This document shows, piece by piece, positions 43,391 through 56,000 of a stretch of 64,000 bases of DNA. Below the pieces are notes generated by a model that saw only the letters and a list, made by a program, of their open reading frames with translations, did no database searches and had not been told where the DNA came from. The stretch is taken from NCBI GenBank assembly GCA_964016885.1, contig OZ024740.1:279620001-279684000 (forward strand), given 5' to 3'. This DNA is from Eledone cirrhosa (lineage: Eukaryota). A program made the translations under genes and the position numbers. The number at the start of each line of letters is the position of its first letter. Positions within the stretch are counted from its first letter, which is position 1.

Positions 43391-46300
43391 TTGGGCGATC
43401 CATTTTTTATTTGGGGGATACATTTTTTATTTGGGAGATCCATTTTTTATTTGGGTGATTCATTTTTTATTTGGGTGATCCATTTTTAATTTTTGGGATC
43501 CATTTTTTATTTGGTGGATCCATTTTTTATTTGGGTGATCCATTTTTTATTTGGGTGATCCATTTTTTATTTGGGTCATCCATTTTTTATTTGGGTGATC
43601 CATTTTTTATTTGGGTGATCCATTTTTTATTTGATGGATCCCCAAATATAAAATGGAACCCCCAAATAAAAAATGGATCCCCCAAACAAAAAATGGATCA
43701 CCCAAATAAAAAATGGATCCCCCAAATAAAAAATGGATCCCCCAAATAAAAAATGAATCCCTGAAATAAAAAATGGATCCCCCAAATAAAAAAGGGATCC
43801 ATTTTTTATTTGGGTGATCCATTTTTTATTTAGGGGGATCCGTTTTTTATTTGGGCGATCCATTTTTTATTTGGGTGATCCATTTTTTATTTGGGTGATC
43901 CATTTTTTATTTGGGGGATCCATTTTTTATTTGGGCGATCCATTTTTTATTTGGGTGATCCATTTTTTATTTGGGGGATCCATTTTTTATTGGGGGGATC
44001 CATTTTTTATTTGGGGGATCCATTTTTTATTTAGGGGATCCATTTTTTATTTGGGTGATCCATTTTTTATTTGGGGGATCCAGTTTTTATTTGGCTGATC
44101 CATTTTTTGTTTGGGTGATCCATTTTTATTTTTTGGATCCATTTTTTATTTGGGCGATCCATTTTTTATTTGGGTGATCCATTTTTTATTTGGGGGATCC
44201 ATTTTTTATTTGGGTGATCCATTTTTTATTTGGTGATCCATTTTGTATTTGGGGGATCCATTTTTTATTTGGGTGATCCATTTTTTATTTGGGGGATCCA
44301 TTTTTTATTTGGGTGATCCATTTTTTATTTGGTGATCCATTTTGTATTTGGGGGATCCATTTTTTATTTGGGTGATCCATTTTTTATTTGGGTGATCCAT
44401 TTTTTATTTGAGGGATCCATTTTTTATTTGGGGGATCCATTTTTTATTTGATGGATCTCCCAAATAAAAAATACATCACCCATATAAAAAATGGATCCCC
44501 CAAATAAAAAATGGATCACCCAAATAAAAAATGGATCCCCCAAATAAAAAATGGATCACCCAAATAAAAAGTGGATCACCCAAATAAAAAATGAATCACC
44601 CAAATATAAAATAGATCACCCAAATAAAAAATGGATCCCCCAAATAAAAAATGGATCCCTTTTTTATTTGGCGGATCCATTTTTTATTTGGGGGATCCAT
44701 TATCTATTTGAGTGATCCATTTTTTATTTGTGGGATCCATTTTTTATTTGGGTGATCCATTTTTTATTTGGGGGATCCATTTTTTATTTGGGTGATCCAT
44801 TTTTTATTTGGTGATCCATTTTTTATTTGGGGGATCCATTTTTTATTTGGGTGATCCATTTTTTATTTGGGTGATCCATTTTTTATTTGAGGGATCCATT
44901 TTTTATTTGGGGGATCCATTTTTTATTTGATGGATCTCCCAAATAAAAAATAGATCACCCAAATAAAAAATGGATCCCCCAAATAAAAAATGGATCACCC
45001 AAATAAAAACTGGATCCCCCAAATAAAAAATGGATCCCCCCAAATAAAAAATGGATCCCCCCAAATAAAAAATGGATCCCCTAAATAAAAAATGGATCAC
45101 CCAAATAAAAAATGGATCACCCAAATAAAAAATGGATCACCCAAATAAAAAATAGATCGCCCAAATAAAAAATGGATCCAAAAAATAAAAAATGGATCAC
45201 CCAAATAAAAAATGGATCACCCCCCAAAAAAATCGATCCCCAAATAAAAAATGGATCACCCAAATAAAAAATGGATCCCCCAAATAAAAAATGGATCACC
45301 CAAATAAAAAATGGATCCCCCAAATAAAAAATGGATACCCCAAATAAAAAATGGATCCCCCCCAATAAAAAATGGATCACCCCCCAAAAAAATGGATCAC
45401 CCAAATAAAAAATGGATCACCCAAATAAAAAATGGATCCCCCAAATAAAAAATGGATCACCCAAATAAAAAATGGATCACCCAAATAAAAAATGGACCCC
45501 CAAATAAAAAATGGATCACCCAAATAAAAAATGGATCACACAAATAAAAAATGGATCCCCGAAATAAAAAATGGATCCGCCAAATAAAAAATGGATCCAT
45601 TTTTTATTTGGGTGATCCATTTTTTATTTAGGGTGATCCGTTTTTATTTGGGTGATCCATTTTTTATTTGGGTGATTACTTTTTTATTTGGGTGATCCAT
45701 TTTTTATTTGGGTGATCCATTTTTTATTTGAGTGATCCATTCTTTATTTGAGGGATCCATTTTTTATTTGGGTGATCCATTTTTTATTTGGGGGATCCAT
45801 TTTTTATTTGGGCGATCCATTTTTTATTTGGGTGATCCATTTTTTATTTGGGTGATCCATTTTTTATTTGGGGAATCCATTTTTTATTTGGGGGATCCAT
45901 TTTTTATTTGGGTGATCCATTTTTTATTTGGGGGATCCATTTTTAATTTGGGTGATCCATTTTTTATTTGGGTGATCCATTTTTTATTTGGGTGATCCAT
46001 TTTTTATTTGAGGGATCCATTTTTTATTTTTTGGATCCATTTTTTATTTGGGGGATCCATTTTTTATTTGGGTGATCCATTTTTTATTTGGGTGATCCAT
46101 TCTTTATTTGGGGTATCCATTTTTTATTTCGGGGTTCCATTTTTTATTTGGGGGATCCATCAAATAAAAAATGGATCACCCAAATAAAAAATGGATCATC
46201 CAAATAAAAACTGGATCCCCCAAATAAAAAATGGATCACCCAAATAAAAAATGGATAACCGAAATAAAAAATGGACCCCCAAATAAAAAATGGATCACCC

Positions 46301-49300
46301 AAATAAAAAATGGATCACCCAAATAAAAAATGGATCCCCCAAATAAAAAATGGATCACCCAAATAAAAAATGGATCCCCCAAATACAAAATGGATCCCCC
46401 AAATAAAAAATGGATCCCCCAAATAAAAAAGGGAACCATTTTTTATTTGGGTGATCCATTTTTTATTTGGGTGATCAATTTTTTATTTGGGTGATTCATT
46501 TTTTATTTGGGTGATCCATTTTTAATTTTTGGGATCCATTTTTTATTTGGTGGATCCATTTTTTATTTGGGTGATCCATTTTTTATTTGGGTGATCCATT
46601 TTTTATTTGAGGGATCCATTTTTTATTTGGGGGATCCATTTTTTATTTGATGGATCTCCCAAATTAAAAATAGATCACCCAAATAAAAAATGGATCCCCC
46701 AAATAAAAAATGGATCACCCAAATAAAAACTGGATCCCCCAAATAAAAAATGGATCCCCCCAAATAAAAAATGGATCCCCCCAAATAAAAAATGGATCCC
46801 CTAAATAAAAAATGGATCACCCAAATAAAAAATGGATCACCCAAATAAAAAATGGATCACCCAAATAAAAAATAGATCGCCCAAATAAAAAATGGATCCA
46901 AAAAATAAAAAATGGATCGCCCAAATAAAAAATGGATCCCCCAAATAAAAAATGGATCACCCAAATAAAAAATGGATCACCCAAATAAAAAATGGATCGC
47001 CCAAATAAAAAACGGATCCCCCTAAATAAAAAATGGATCACCCAAATAAAAAATGGATCCCTTTTTTATTTGGGGGATCCATTTTTTATTTCAGGGATTC
47101 ATTTTTTATTTGGGGGATCCATTTTTTATTTGGTGGATCCATTTTTTATTTGGGTGATCCATTTTTTGTTTGGGGGATCCATTTTTTATTTGGGGGTTCC
47201 ATTTTATATTTGGGGATCCATCAAATAAAAAATGGATCACCCAAATAAAAAATGGATCACCCAAATAAAAAATGGATCCCCCAAATAAAAAATGGATCCC
47301 CCAAATAAAAAATGAATCCCTGAAATAAAAAATGGATCCCCCAAATAAAAAATGAATCCCTGAAATAAAAAATGGATCCCCCAAATAAAAAATGGATCCC
47401 CCAAATAAAAAATGGATCACCCAAATAAAAAATGGATCCCTTTTTTATTTGGGGGATCCATTTTTTATTTCAGGGATTCATTTTTTATTTGGGGGATCCA
47501 TTTTTTATTTCAGGGATTCATTTTTTATTTGGGGGATCCATTTTTTATTTGGGGGATCCATTTTTTATTTGGGTGATCCATTTTTTATTTGGGTGATCCA
47601 TTTTTTATTTGATGGATCCCCAAATATAAAATGGAACCCCCAAATAAAAAATGGATCCCCCAAACAAAAAATGGATCACCCAAATAAAAAATGGATCCCC
47701 CAAATAAAAAATGGATCCCCCAAATAAAAAATGAATCCCTGAAATAAAAAATGGATCCCCCAAATAAAAAAGGGATCCATTTTTTATTTGGGTGATCCAT
47801 TTTTTATTTAGGGGGATCCGTTTTTTATTTGGGCGATCCATTTTTTATTTGGGTGATCCATTTTTTATTTGGGTGATCCATTTTTTATTTGGGGGATCCA
47901 TTTTTTATTTGGGCGATCCATTTTTTATTTGGGTGATCCATTTTTTATTTGGGGGATCCATTTTTTATTGGGGGGATCCATTTTTTATTTGGGGGATCCA
48001 TTTTTTATTTAGGGGATCCATTTTTTATTTGGGTGATCCATTTTTTATTTGGGGGATCCAGTTTTTATTTGGCTGATCCATTTTTTGTTTGGGTGATCCA
48101 TTTTTATTTTTTGGATCCATTTTTTATTTGGGCGATCCATTTTTTATTTGGGTGATCCATTTTTTATTTGGGGGATCCATTTTTTATTTGGGTGATCCAT
48201 TTTTTATTTGGTGATCCATTTTGTATTTGGGGGATCCATTTTTTATTTGGGTGATCCATTTTTTATTTGGGGGATCCATTTTTTATTTGGGTGATCCATT
48301 TTTTATTTGGTGATCCATTTTGTATTTGGGGGATCCATTTTTTATTTGGGTGATCCATTTTTTATTTGGGTGATCCATTTTTTATTTGAGGGATCCATTT
48401 TTTATTTGGGGGATCCATTTTTTATTTGATGGATCTCCCAAATAAAAAATACATCACCCAAATAAAAAATGGATCCCCCAAATAAAAAATGGATCACCCA
48501 AATAAAAAATGGATCCCCCAAATAAAAAATGGATCACCCAAATAAAAAGTGGATCACCCAAATAAAAAATGAATCACCCAAATATAAAATAGATCACCCA
48601 AATAAAAAATGGATCCCCCAAATAAAAAATGGATCCCTTTTTTATTTGGCGGATCCATTTTTTATTTGGGGGATCCATTATCTATTTGAGTGATCCATTT
48701 TTTATTTGTGGGATCCATTTTTTATTTGGGTGATCCATTTTTTATTTGGGGGATCCATTTTTTATTTGGGTGATCCATTTTTTATTTGGTGATCCATTTT
48801 TTATTTGGGGGATCCATTTTTTATTTGGGTGATCCATTTTTTATTTGGGTGATCCATTTTTTATTTGAGGGATCCATTTTTTATTTGGGGGATCCATTTT
48901 TTATTTGATGGATCTCCCAAATAAAAAATAGATCACCCAAATAAAAAATGGATCCCCCAAATAAAAAATGGATCACCCAAATAAAAACTGGATCCCCCAA
49001 ATAAAAAATGGATCCCCCCAAATAAAAAATGGATCCCCCCAAATAAAAAATGGATCCCCTAAATAAAAAATGGATCACCCAAATAAAAAATGGATCACCC
49101 AAATAAAAAATGGATCACCCAAATAAAAAATAGATCGCCCAAATAAAAAATGGATCCAAAAAATAAAAAATGGATCACCCAAATAAAAAATGGATCACCC
49201 CCCCAAAAAATCGATCCCCAAATAAAAAATGGATCACCCAAATAATAAATGGATCCCCCAAATAAAAAATGGATCACCCAAATAAAAAATGGATCCCCCA

Positions 49301-49395
49301 AATAAAAAATGGATCCCCCAAATAAAAAATGGATCCCCCCCAATAAAAAATGGATCACCCCCCAAAAAAATGGATCACCCAAATAAAAAATGGAT
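40898..49395 (+). repeat. Left arm (~8.5 kb) of giant inverted duplication
   Basis: ORFs mirror those in 50012-58513 on the opposite strand with a near-constant coordinate sum of 99409-99430, e.g. 42672..42890+/56539..56757-, 43607..43822-/55607..55822+, 48881..49102-/50307..50528+. Confidence 0.93.
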
Positions 49396-50011
49396 CACCC
49401 AAATAAAAAATGGATCCCCCAAATAAAAAATGGATCACCCAAATAAAAAATGGATCACCCAAATAAAAAATGGACCCCCAAATAAAAAATGGATCACCCA
49501 AATAAAAAATGGATCACACAAATAAAAAATGGATCCCCGAAATAAAAAATGGATCCGCCAAATAAAAAATGGATCCATTTTTTATTTGGGTGATCCATTT
49601 TTTATTTAGGGTGATCCGTTTTTATTTGGGTGATCCATTTTTTATTTGGGTGATTCCTTTTTTATTTGGGTGATCCATTTTTTATTTGGGTGATCCATTT
49701 TTTATTTGAGTGATCCATTCTTTATTTGAGGGATCCATTTTTTATTTGGGTGATCCATTTTTTATTTGGGGGATCCATTTTTTATTTGGGCGATCCATTT
49801 TTTATTTGGGTGATCCATTTTTTATTTGGGTGATCCATTTTTTATTTGGGGGATCCATTTTTTATTTGGGGGATCCATTTTTTATTTGGGTGATCCATTT
49901 TTTATTTGGGGGATCCATTTTTAATTTGGGTGATCCATTTTTTATTTGGTTGATCCATTTTTTATTTGGGTGATCCATTTTTTATTTGAGGGATCCATTT
50001 TTTATTTTTTG
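43570..50011. repeat. Direct duplication with 3978-bp offset (~43570-46030 repeated at ~47550-50011)
   Basis: ORF pairs 43607/47585, 43814/47792, 44903/48881, 45117/49095 and 45732/49710 all differ by 3978. Confidence 0.9.
46903..47930. repeat. Near-perfect ~1-kb palindrome (arms ~490 bp, ~48-bp spacer, centre ~47416)
   Basis: Mirror ORF pairs sum to 94833: 46992..47228+/47605..47841-, 47033..47248+/47585..47800-, 47106-/47727+. The doubled TGAATCCCTG variant is mirrored as doubled CAGGGATTCA. Confidence 0.9.
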
Positions 50012-53000
50012 GATCCATTTTTTATTTGGGTGATCCATTTATTTGGGGGGTGATCCATTTTTTATTGGGGGGGGATCCATTTTTTATTTGGGGGATCCAT
50101 TTTTTATTTGGGGGATCCATTTTTTATTTGGGTGATCCATTTTTTATTTGGGGGATCCATTTTTTATTTGGGTGATCCATTTTTTATTTGGGGATCGATT
50201 TTTTTGGGGGGTGATCCATTTTTTATTTGGGTGATCCATTTTTTATTTTTTGGATCCATTTTTTATTTGGGCGATCTATTTTTTATTTGGGTGATCCATT
50301 TTTTATTTGGGTGATCCATTTTTTATTTGGGTGATCCATTTTTTATTTAGGGGATCCATCTTTTATTTGGGGGGATCCATTTTTTATTTGGGGGGATCCA
50401 TTTTTTATTTGGGGGATCCAGTTTTTATTTGGGTGATCCATTTTTTATTTGGGGGATCCATTTTTTATTTGGGTGATCTATTTTTTATTTGGGAGATCCA
50501 TCAAATAAAAAATGGATCCCCCAAATAAAAAATGGATCCCTCAAATAAAAAATGGATCACCCAAATAAAAAATGGATCACCCAAATAAAAAATGGATCCC
50601 CCAAATAAAAAATGGATAACCAAATAAAAAATGGATCACCCAAATAAAAAATGGATCCCCCAAATAAAAAATGGATCACCCAAATAAAAAATGGATCCCA
50701 CAAATAAAAAATGGATCACTCAAATAGATAATGGATCCCCCAAATAAAAAATGGATCCGCCAAATAAAAAAGGGATCCATTTTTTATTTGGGGGATCCAT
50801 TTTTTATTTGGGTGATCTATTTTATATTTGGGTGATTCATTTTTTATTTGGGTGATCCACTTTTTATTTGGGTGATCCATTTTTTATTTGGGGGATCCAT
50901 TTTTTATTTGGGTGATCCATTTTTTATTTGGGGGATCCATTTTTTATTTGGGTGATGTATTTTTTATTTGGGAGATCCATCAAATAAAAAATGGATCCCC
51001 CAAATAAAAAATGGATCCCTCAAATAAAAAATGGATCACCCAAATAAAAAATGGATCACCCAAATAAAAAATGGATCCCCCAAATACAAAATGGATCACC
51101 AAATAAAAAATGGATCACCCAAATAAAAAATGGATCCCCCAAATAAAAAATGGATCACCCAAATAAAAAATGGATCCCCCAAATACAAAATGGATCACCA
51201 AATAAAAAATGGATCACCCAAATAAAAAATGGATCCCCCAAATAAAAAATGGATCACCCAAATAAAAAATGGATCGCCCAAATAAAAAATGGATCCAAAA
51301 AATAAAAATGGATCACCCAAACAAAAAATGGATCAGCCAAATAAAAACTGGATCCCCCAAATAAAAAATGGATCACCCAAATAAAAAATGGATCCCCTAA
51401 ATAAAAAATGGATCCCCCAAATAAAAAATGGATCCCCCCAATAAAAAATGGATCCCCCAAATAAAAAATGGATCACCCAAATAAAAAATGGATCGCCCAA
51501 ATAAAAAATGGATCCCCCAAATAAAAAATGGATCACCCAAATAAAAAATGGATCACCCAAATAAAAAATGGATCGCCCAAATAAAAAACGGATCCCCCTA
51601 AATAAAAAATGGATCACCCAAATAAAAAATGGATCCCTTTTTTATTTGGGGGATCCATTTTTTATTTCAGGGATTCATTTTTTATTTGGGGGATCCATTT
51701 TTTATTTGGGGGATCCATTTTTTATTTGGGTGATCCATTTTTTGTTTGGGGGATCCATTTTTTATTTGGGGGTTCCATTTTATATTTGGGGATCCATCAA
51801 ATAAAAAATGGATCACCCAAATAAAAAATGGATCACCCAAATAAAAAATGGATCCCCCAAATAAAAAATGGATCCCCCAAATAAAAAATGAATCCCTGAA
51901 ATAAAAAATGGATCCCCCAAATAAAAAATGAATCCCTGAAATAAAAAATGGATCCCCCAAATAAAAAAGGGATCCATTTTTTATTTGGGTGATCCATTTT
52001 TTATTTGGGGGATCCATTTTTTATTTGGGGGATCCATTTTTTATTTCAGGGATTCATTTTTTATTTGGGGGATCCATTTTTTATTTCAGGGATTCATTTT
52101 TTATTTGGGGGATCCATTTTTTATTTGGGGGATCCATTTTTTATTTGGGTGATCCATTTTTTATTTGGGTGATCCATTTTTTATTTGATGGATCCCCAAA
52201 TATAAAATGGAACCCCCAAATAAAAAATGGATCCCCCAAACAAAAAATGGATCACCCAAATAAAAAATGGATCCACCAAATAAAAAATGGATCCCCCAAA
52301 TAAAAAATGAATCCCTGAAATAAAAAATGGATCCCCCAAATAAAAAAGGGATCCATTTTTTATTTGGGTGATCCATTTTTTATTTAGGGGGATCCGTTTT
52401 TTATTTGGGCGATCCATTTTTTATTTGGGTGATCCATTTTTTATTTGGGTGATCCATTTTTTATTTGGGGGATCCATTTTTTATTTGGGCGATCCATTTT
52501 TTATTTTTTGGATCCATTTTTTATTTGGGCGATCTATTTTTTATTTGGGTGATCCATTTTTTATTTGGGTGATCCATTTTTTATTTGGGTGATCCATTTT
52601 TTATTTAGGGGATCCATTTTTTATTTGGGGGGATCCATTTTTTATTTGGGGGGATCCATTTTTTATTTGGGGGATCCAGTTTTTATTTGGGTGATCCATT
52701 TTTTATTTGGGGGATCCATTTTTTATTTGGGTGATCTATTTTTAATTTGGGAGATCCATCAAATAAAAAATGGATCCCCCAAATAAAAAATGGATCCCTC
52801 AAATAAAAAATGGATCACCCAAATAAAAAATGGATCACCCAAATAAAAAATGGATCACCCAAATAAAAAATGGATCCACCAAATAAAAAATGGATCCCAA
52901 AAATTAAAAATGGATCACCCAAATAAAAAATGAATCACCCAAATAAAAAATTGATCACCCAAATAAAAAATGGATCACCCAAATAAAAAATGGTTCCCTT

Positions 53001-56000
53001 TTTTATTTGGGGGATCCATTTTTTATTTGGGGGATCCATTTTGTATTTGGGGGATCCATTTTTTATTTGGGTGATCCATTTTTTATTTGGGGGATCCATT
53101 TTTTATTTGGGTGATCCATTTTTTATTTGGGTGATCCATTTTTTATTTGGGGGTCCATTTTTTATTTCGGTTATCCATTTTTTATTTGGGTGATCCATTT
53201 TTTATTTGGGGGATCCAGTTTTTATTTGGATGATCCATTTTTTATTTGGGTGATCCATTTTTTATTTGATGGATCCCCCAAATAAAAAATGGAACCCCGA
53301 AATAAAAAATGGATACCCCAAATAAAGAATGGATCACCCAAATAAAAAATGGATCACCCAAATAAAAAATGGATCCCCCAAATAAAAAATGGATCCAAAA
53401 AATAAAAAATGGATCCCTCAAATAAAAAATGGATCACCCAAATAAAAAATGGATCACCCAAATAAAAAATGGATCACCCAAATTAAAAATGGATCCCCCA
53501 AATAAAAAATGGATCACCCAAATAAAAAATGGATCCCCCAAATAAAAAATGGATCCCCCAAATAAAAAATGGATCACCCAAATAAAAAATGGATCACCCA
53601 AATAAAAAATGGATCGCCCAAATAAAAAATGGATCCCCCAAATAAAAAATGGATCACCCAAATAAAAAATGGATCCCTCAAATAAAGAATGGATCACTCA
53701 AATAAAAAATGGATCACCCAAATAAAAAATGGATCACCCAAATAAAAAAGGAATCACCCAAATAAAAAATGGATCACCCAAATAAAAACGGATCACCCTA
53801 AATAAAAAATGGATCACCCAAATAAAAAATGGATCCATTTTTTATTTGGCGGATCCATTTTTTATTTCGGGGATCCATTTTTTATTTGTGTGATCCATTT
53901 TTTATTTGGGTGATCCATTTTTTATTTGGGGGTCCATTTTTTATTTGGGTGATCCCGTTTTTATTTGGGTGATCCATTGTTTATTTGGGGGATCCATTTT
54001 TTATTTGGGTGATCCATTTTTTATTTGGGTGATCCATTTTTTGGGGGGGTGATCCATTTTTTATTGGGGGGGATCCATTTTTTATTTGGGGTATCCATTT
54101 TTTATTTGGGGGATCCATTTTTTATTTGGGTGATCCATTTTTTATTTGGGGGATCCATTTTTTATTTGGGTGATCCATTTTTTATTTGGGGATCGATTTT
54201 TTGGGGGGGTGATCCATTTTTTATTTGGGTGATCCATTTTTTATTTTTTGGATCCATTTTTTATTTGGGCGATCTATTTTTTATTTGGGTGATCCATTTT
54301 TTATTTGGGTGATCCATTTTTTATTTGGGTGATCCATTTTTTATTTAGGGGATCCATTTTTTATTTGGGGGGATCCATTTTTTATTTGGGGGGATCCATT
54401 TTTTATTTGGGGGATCCAGTTTTTATTTGGGTGATCCATTTTTTATTTGGGGGATCCATTTTTTATTTGGGTGATCTATTTTTTATTTGGGAGATCCATC
54501 AAATAAAAAATGGATCCCCCAAATAAAAAATGGATCCCTCAAATAAAAAATGGATCACCCAAATAAAAAATGGATCACCCAAATAAAAAATGGATCCCCC
54601 AAATAAAAAATGTATCACCAAATAAAAAATGGATCACCCAAATAAAAAATGGATCCCCCAAATAAAAAATGGATCACCCAAATAAAAAATGGATCCCACA
54701 AATAAAAAATGGATCACTCAAATAGATAATGGATCCCCCAAATAAAAAATGGATCCGCCAAATAAAAAAAGGATCCATTTTTTATTTGGGGGATCCATTT
54801 TTTATTTGGGTGATCTATTTAATATTTGGGTGATTCATTTTTTATTTGGGTGATCCACTTTTTATTTGGGTGATCCATTTTTTATTTGGGGGATCCATTT
54901 TTTATTTGGGTGATCCATTTTTTATTTGGGGGATCCATTTTTTATATGGGTGATGTATTTTTTATTTGGGAGATCCATCAAATAAAAAATGGATCCCCCA
55001 AATAAAAAATGGATCCCTCAAATAAAAAATGGATCACCCAAATAAAAAATGGATCACCCAAATAAAAAATGGATCCCCCAAATACAAAATGGATCACCAA
55101 ATAAAAAATGGATCACCCAAATAAAAAATGGATCCCCCAAATAAAAAATGGATCACCCAAATAAAAAATGGATCCCCCAAATACAAAATGGATCACCAAA
55201 TAAAAAATGGATCACCCAAATAAAAAATGGATCCCCCAAATAAAAAATGGATCACCCAAATAAAAAATGGATCGCCCAAATAAAAAATGGATCCAAAAAA
55301 TAAAAATGGATCACCCAAACAAAAAATGGATCAGCCAAATAAAAACTGGATCCCCCAAATAAAAAATGGATCACCCAAATAAAAAATGGATCCCCTAAAT
55401 AAAAAATGGATCCCCCAAATAAAAAATGGATCCCCCCAATAAAAAATGGATCCCCCAAATAAAAAATGGATCACCCAAATAAAAAATGGATCGCCCAAAT
55501 AAAAAATGGATCCCCCAAATAAAAAATGGATCACCCAAATAAAAAATGGATCACCCAAATAAAAAATGGATCGCCCAAATAAAAAACGGATCCCCCTAAA
55601 TAAAAAATGGATCACCCAAATAAAAAATGGATCCCTTTTTTATTTGGGGGATCCATTTTTTATTTCAGGGATTCATTTTTTATTTGGGGGATCCATTTTT
55701 TATTTGGGGGATCCATTTTTTATTTGGGTGATCCATTTTTTGTTTGGGGGATCCATTTTTTATTTGGGGGTTCCATTTTATATTTGGGGATCCATCAAAT
55801 AAAAAATGGATCACCCAAATAAAAAATGGATCACCCAAATAAAAAATGGATGACCCAAATAAAAAATGGATCACCCAAATAAAAAATGGATCACCCAAAT
55901 AAAAAATGGATCCACCAAATAAAAAATGGATCCCAAAAATTAAAAATGGATCACCCAAATAAAAAATGAATCACCCAAATAAAAAATGGATCTCCCAAAT

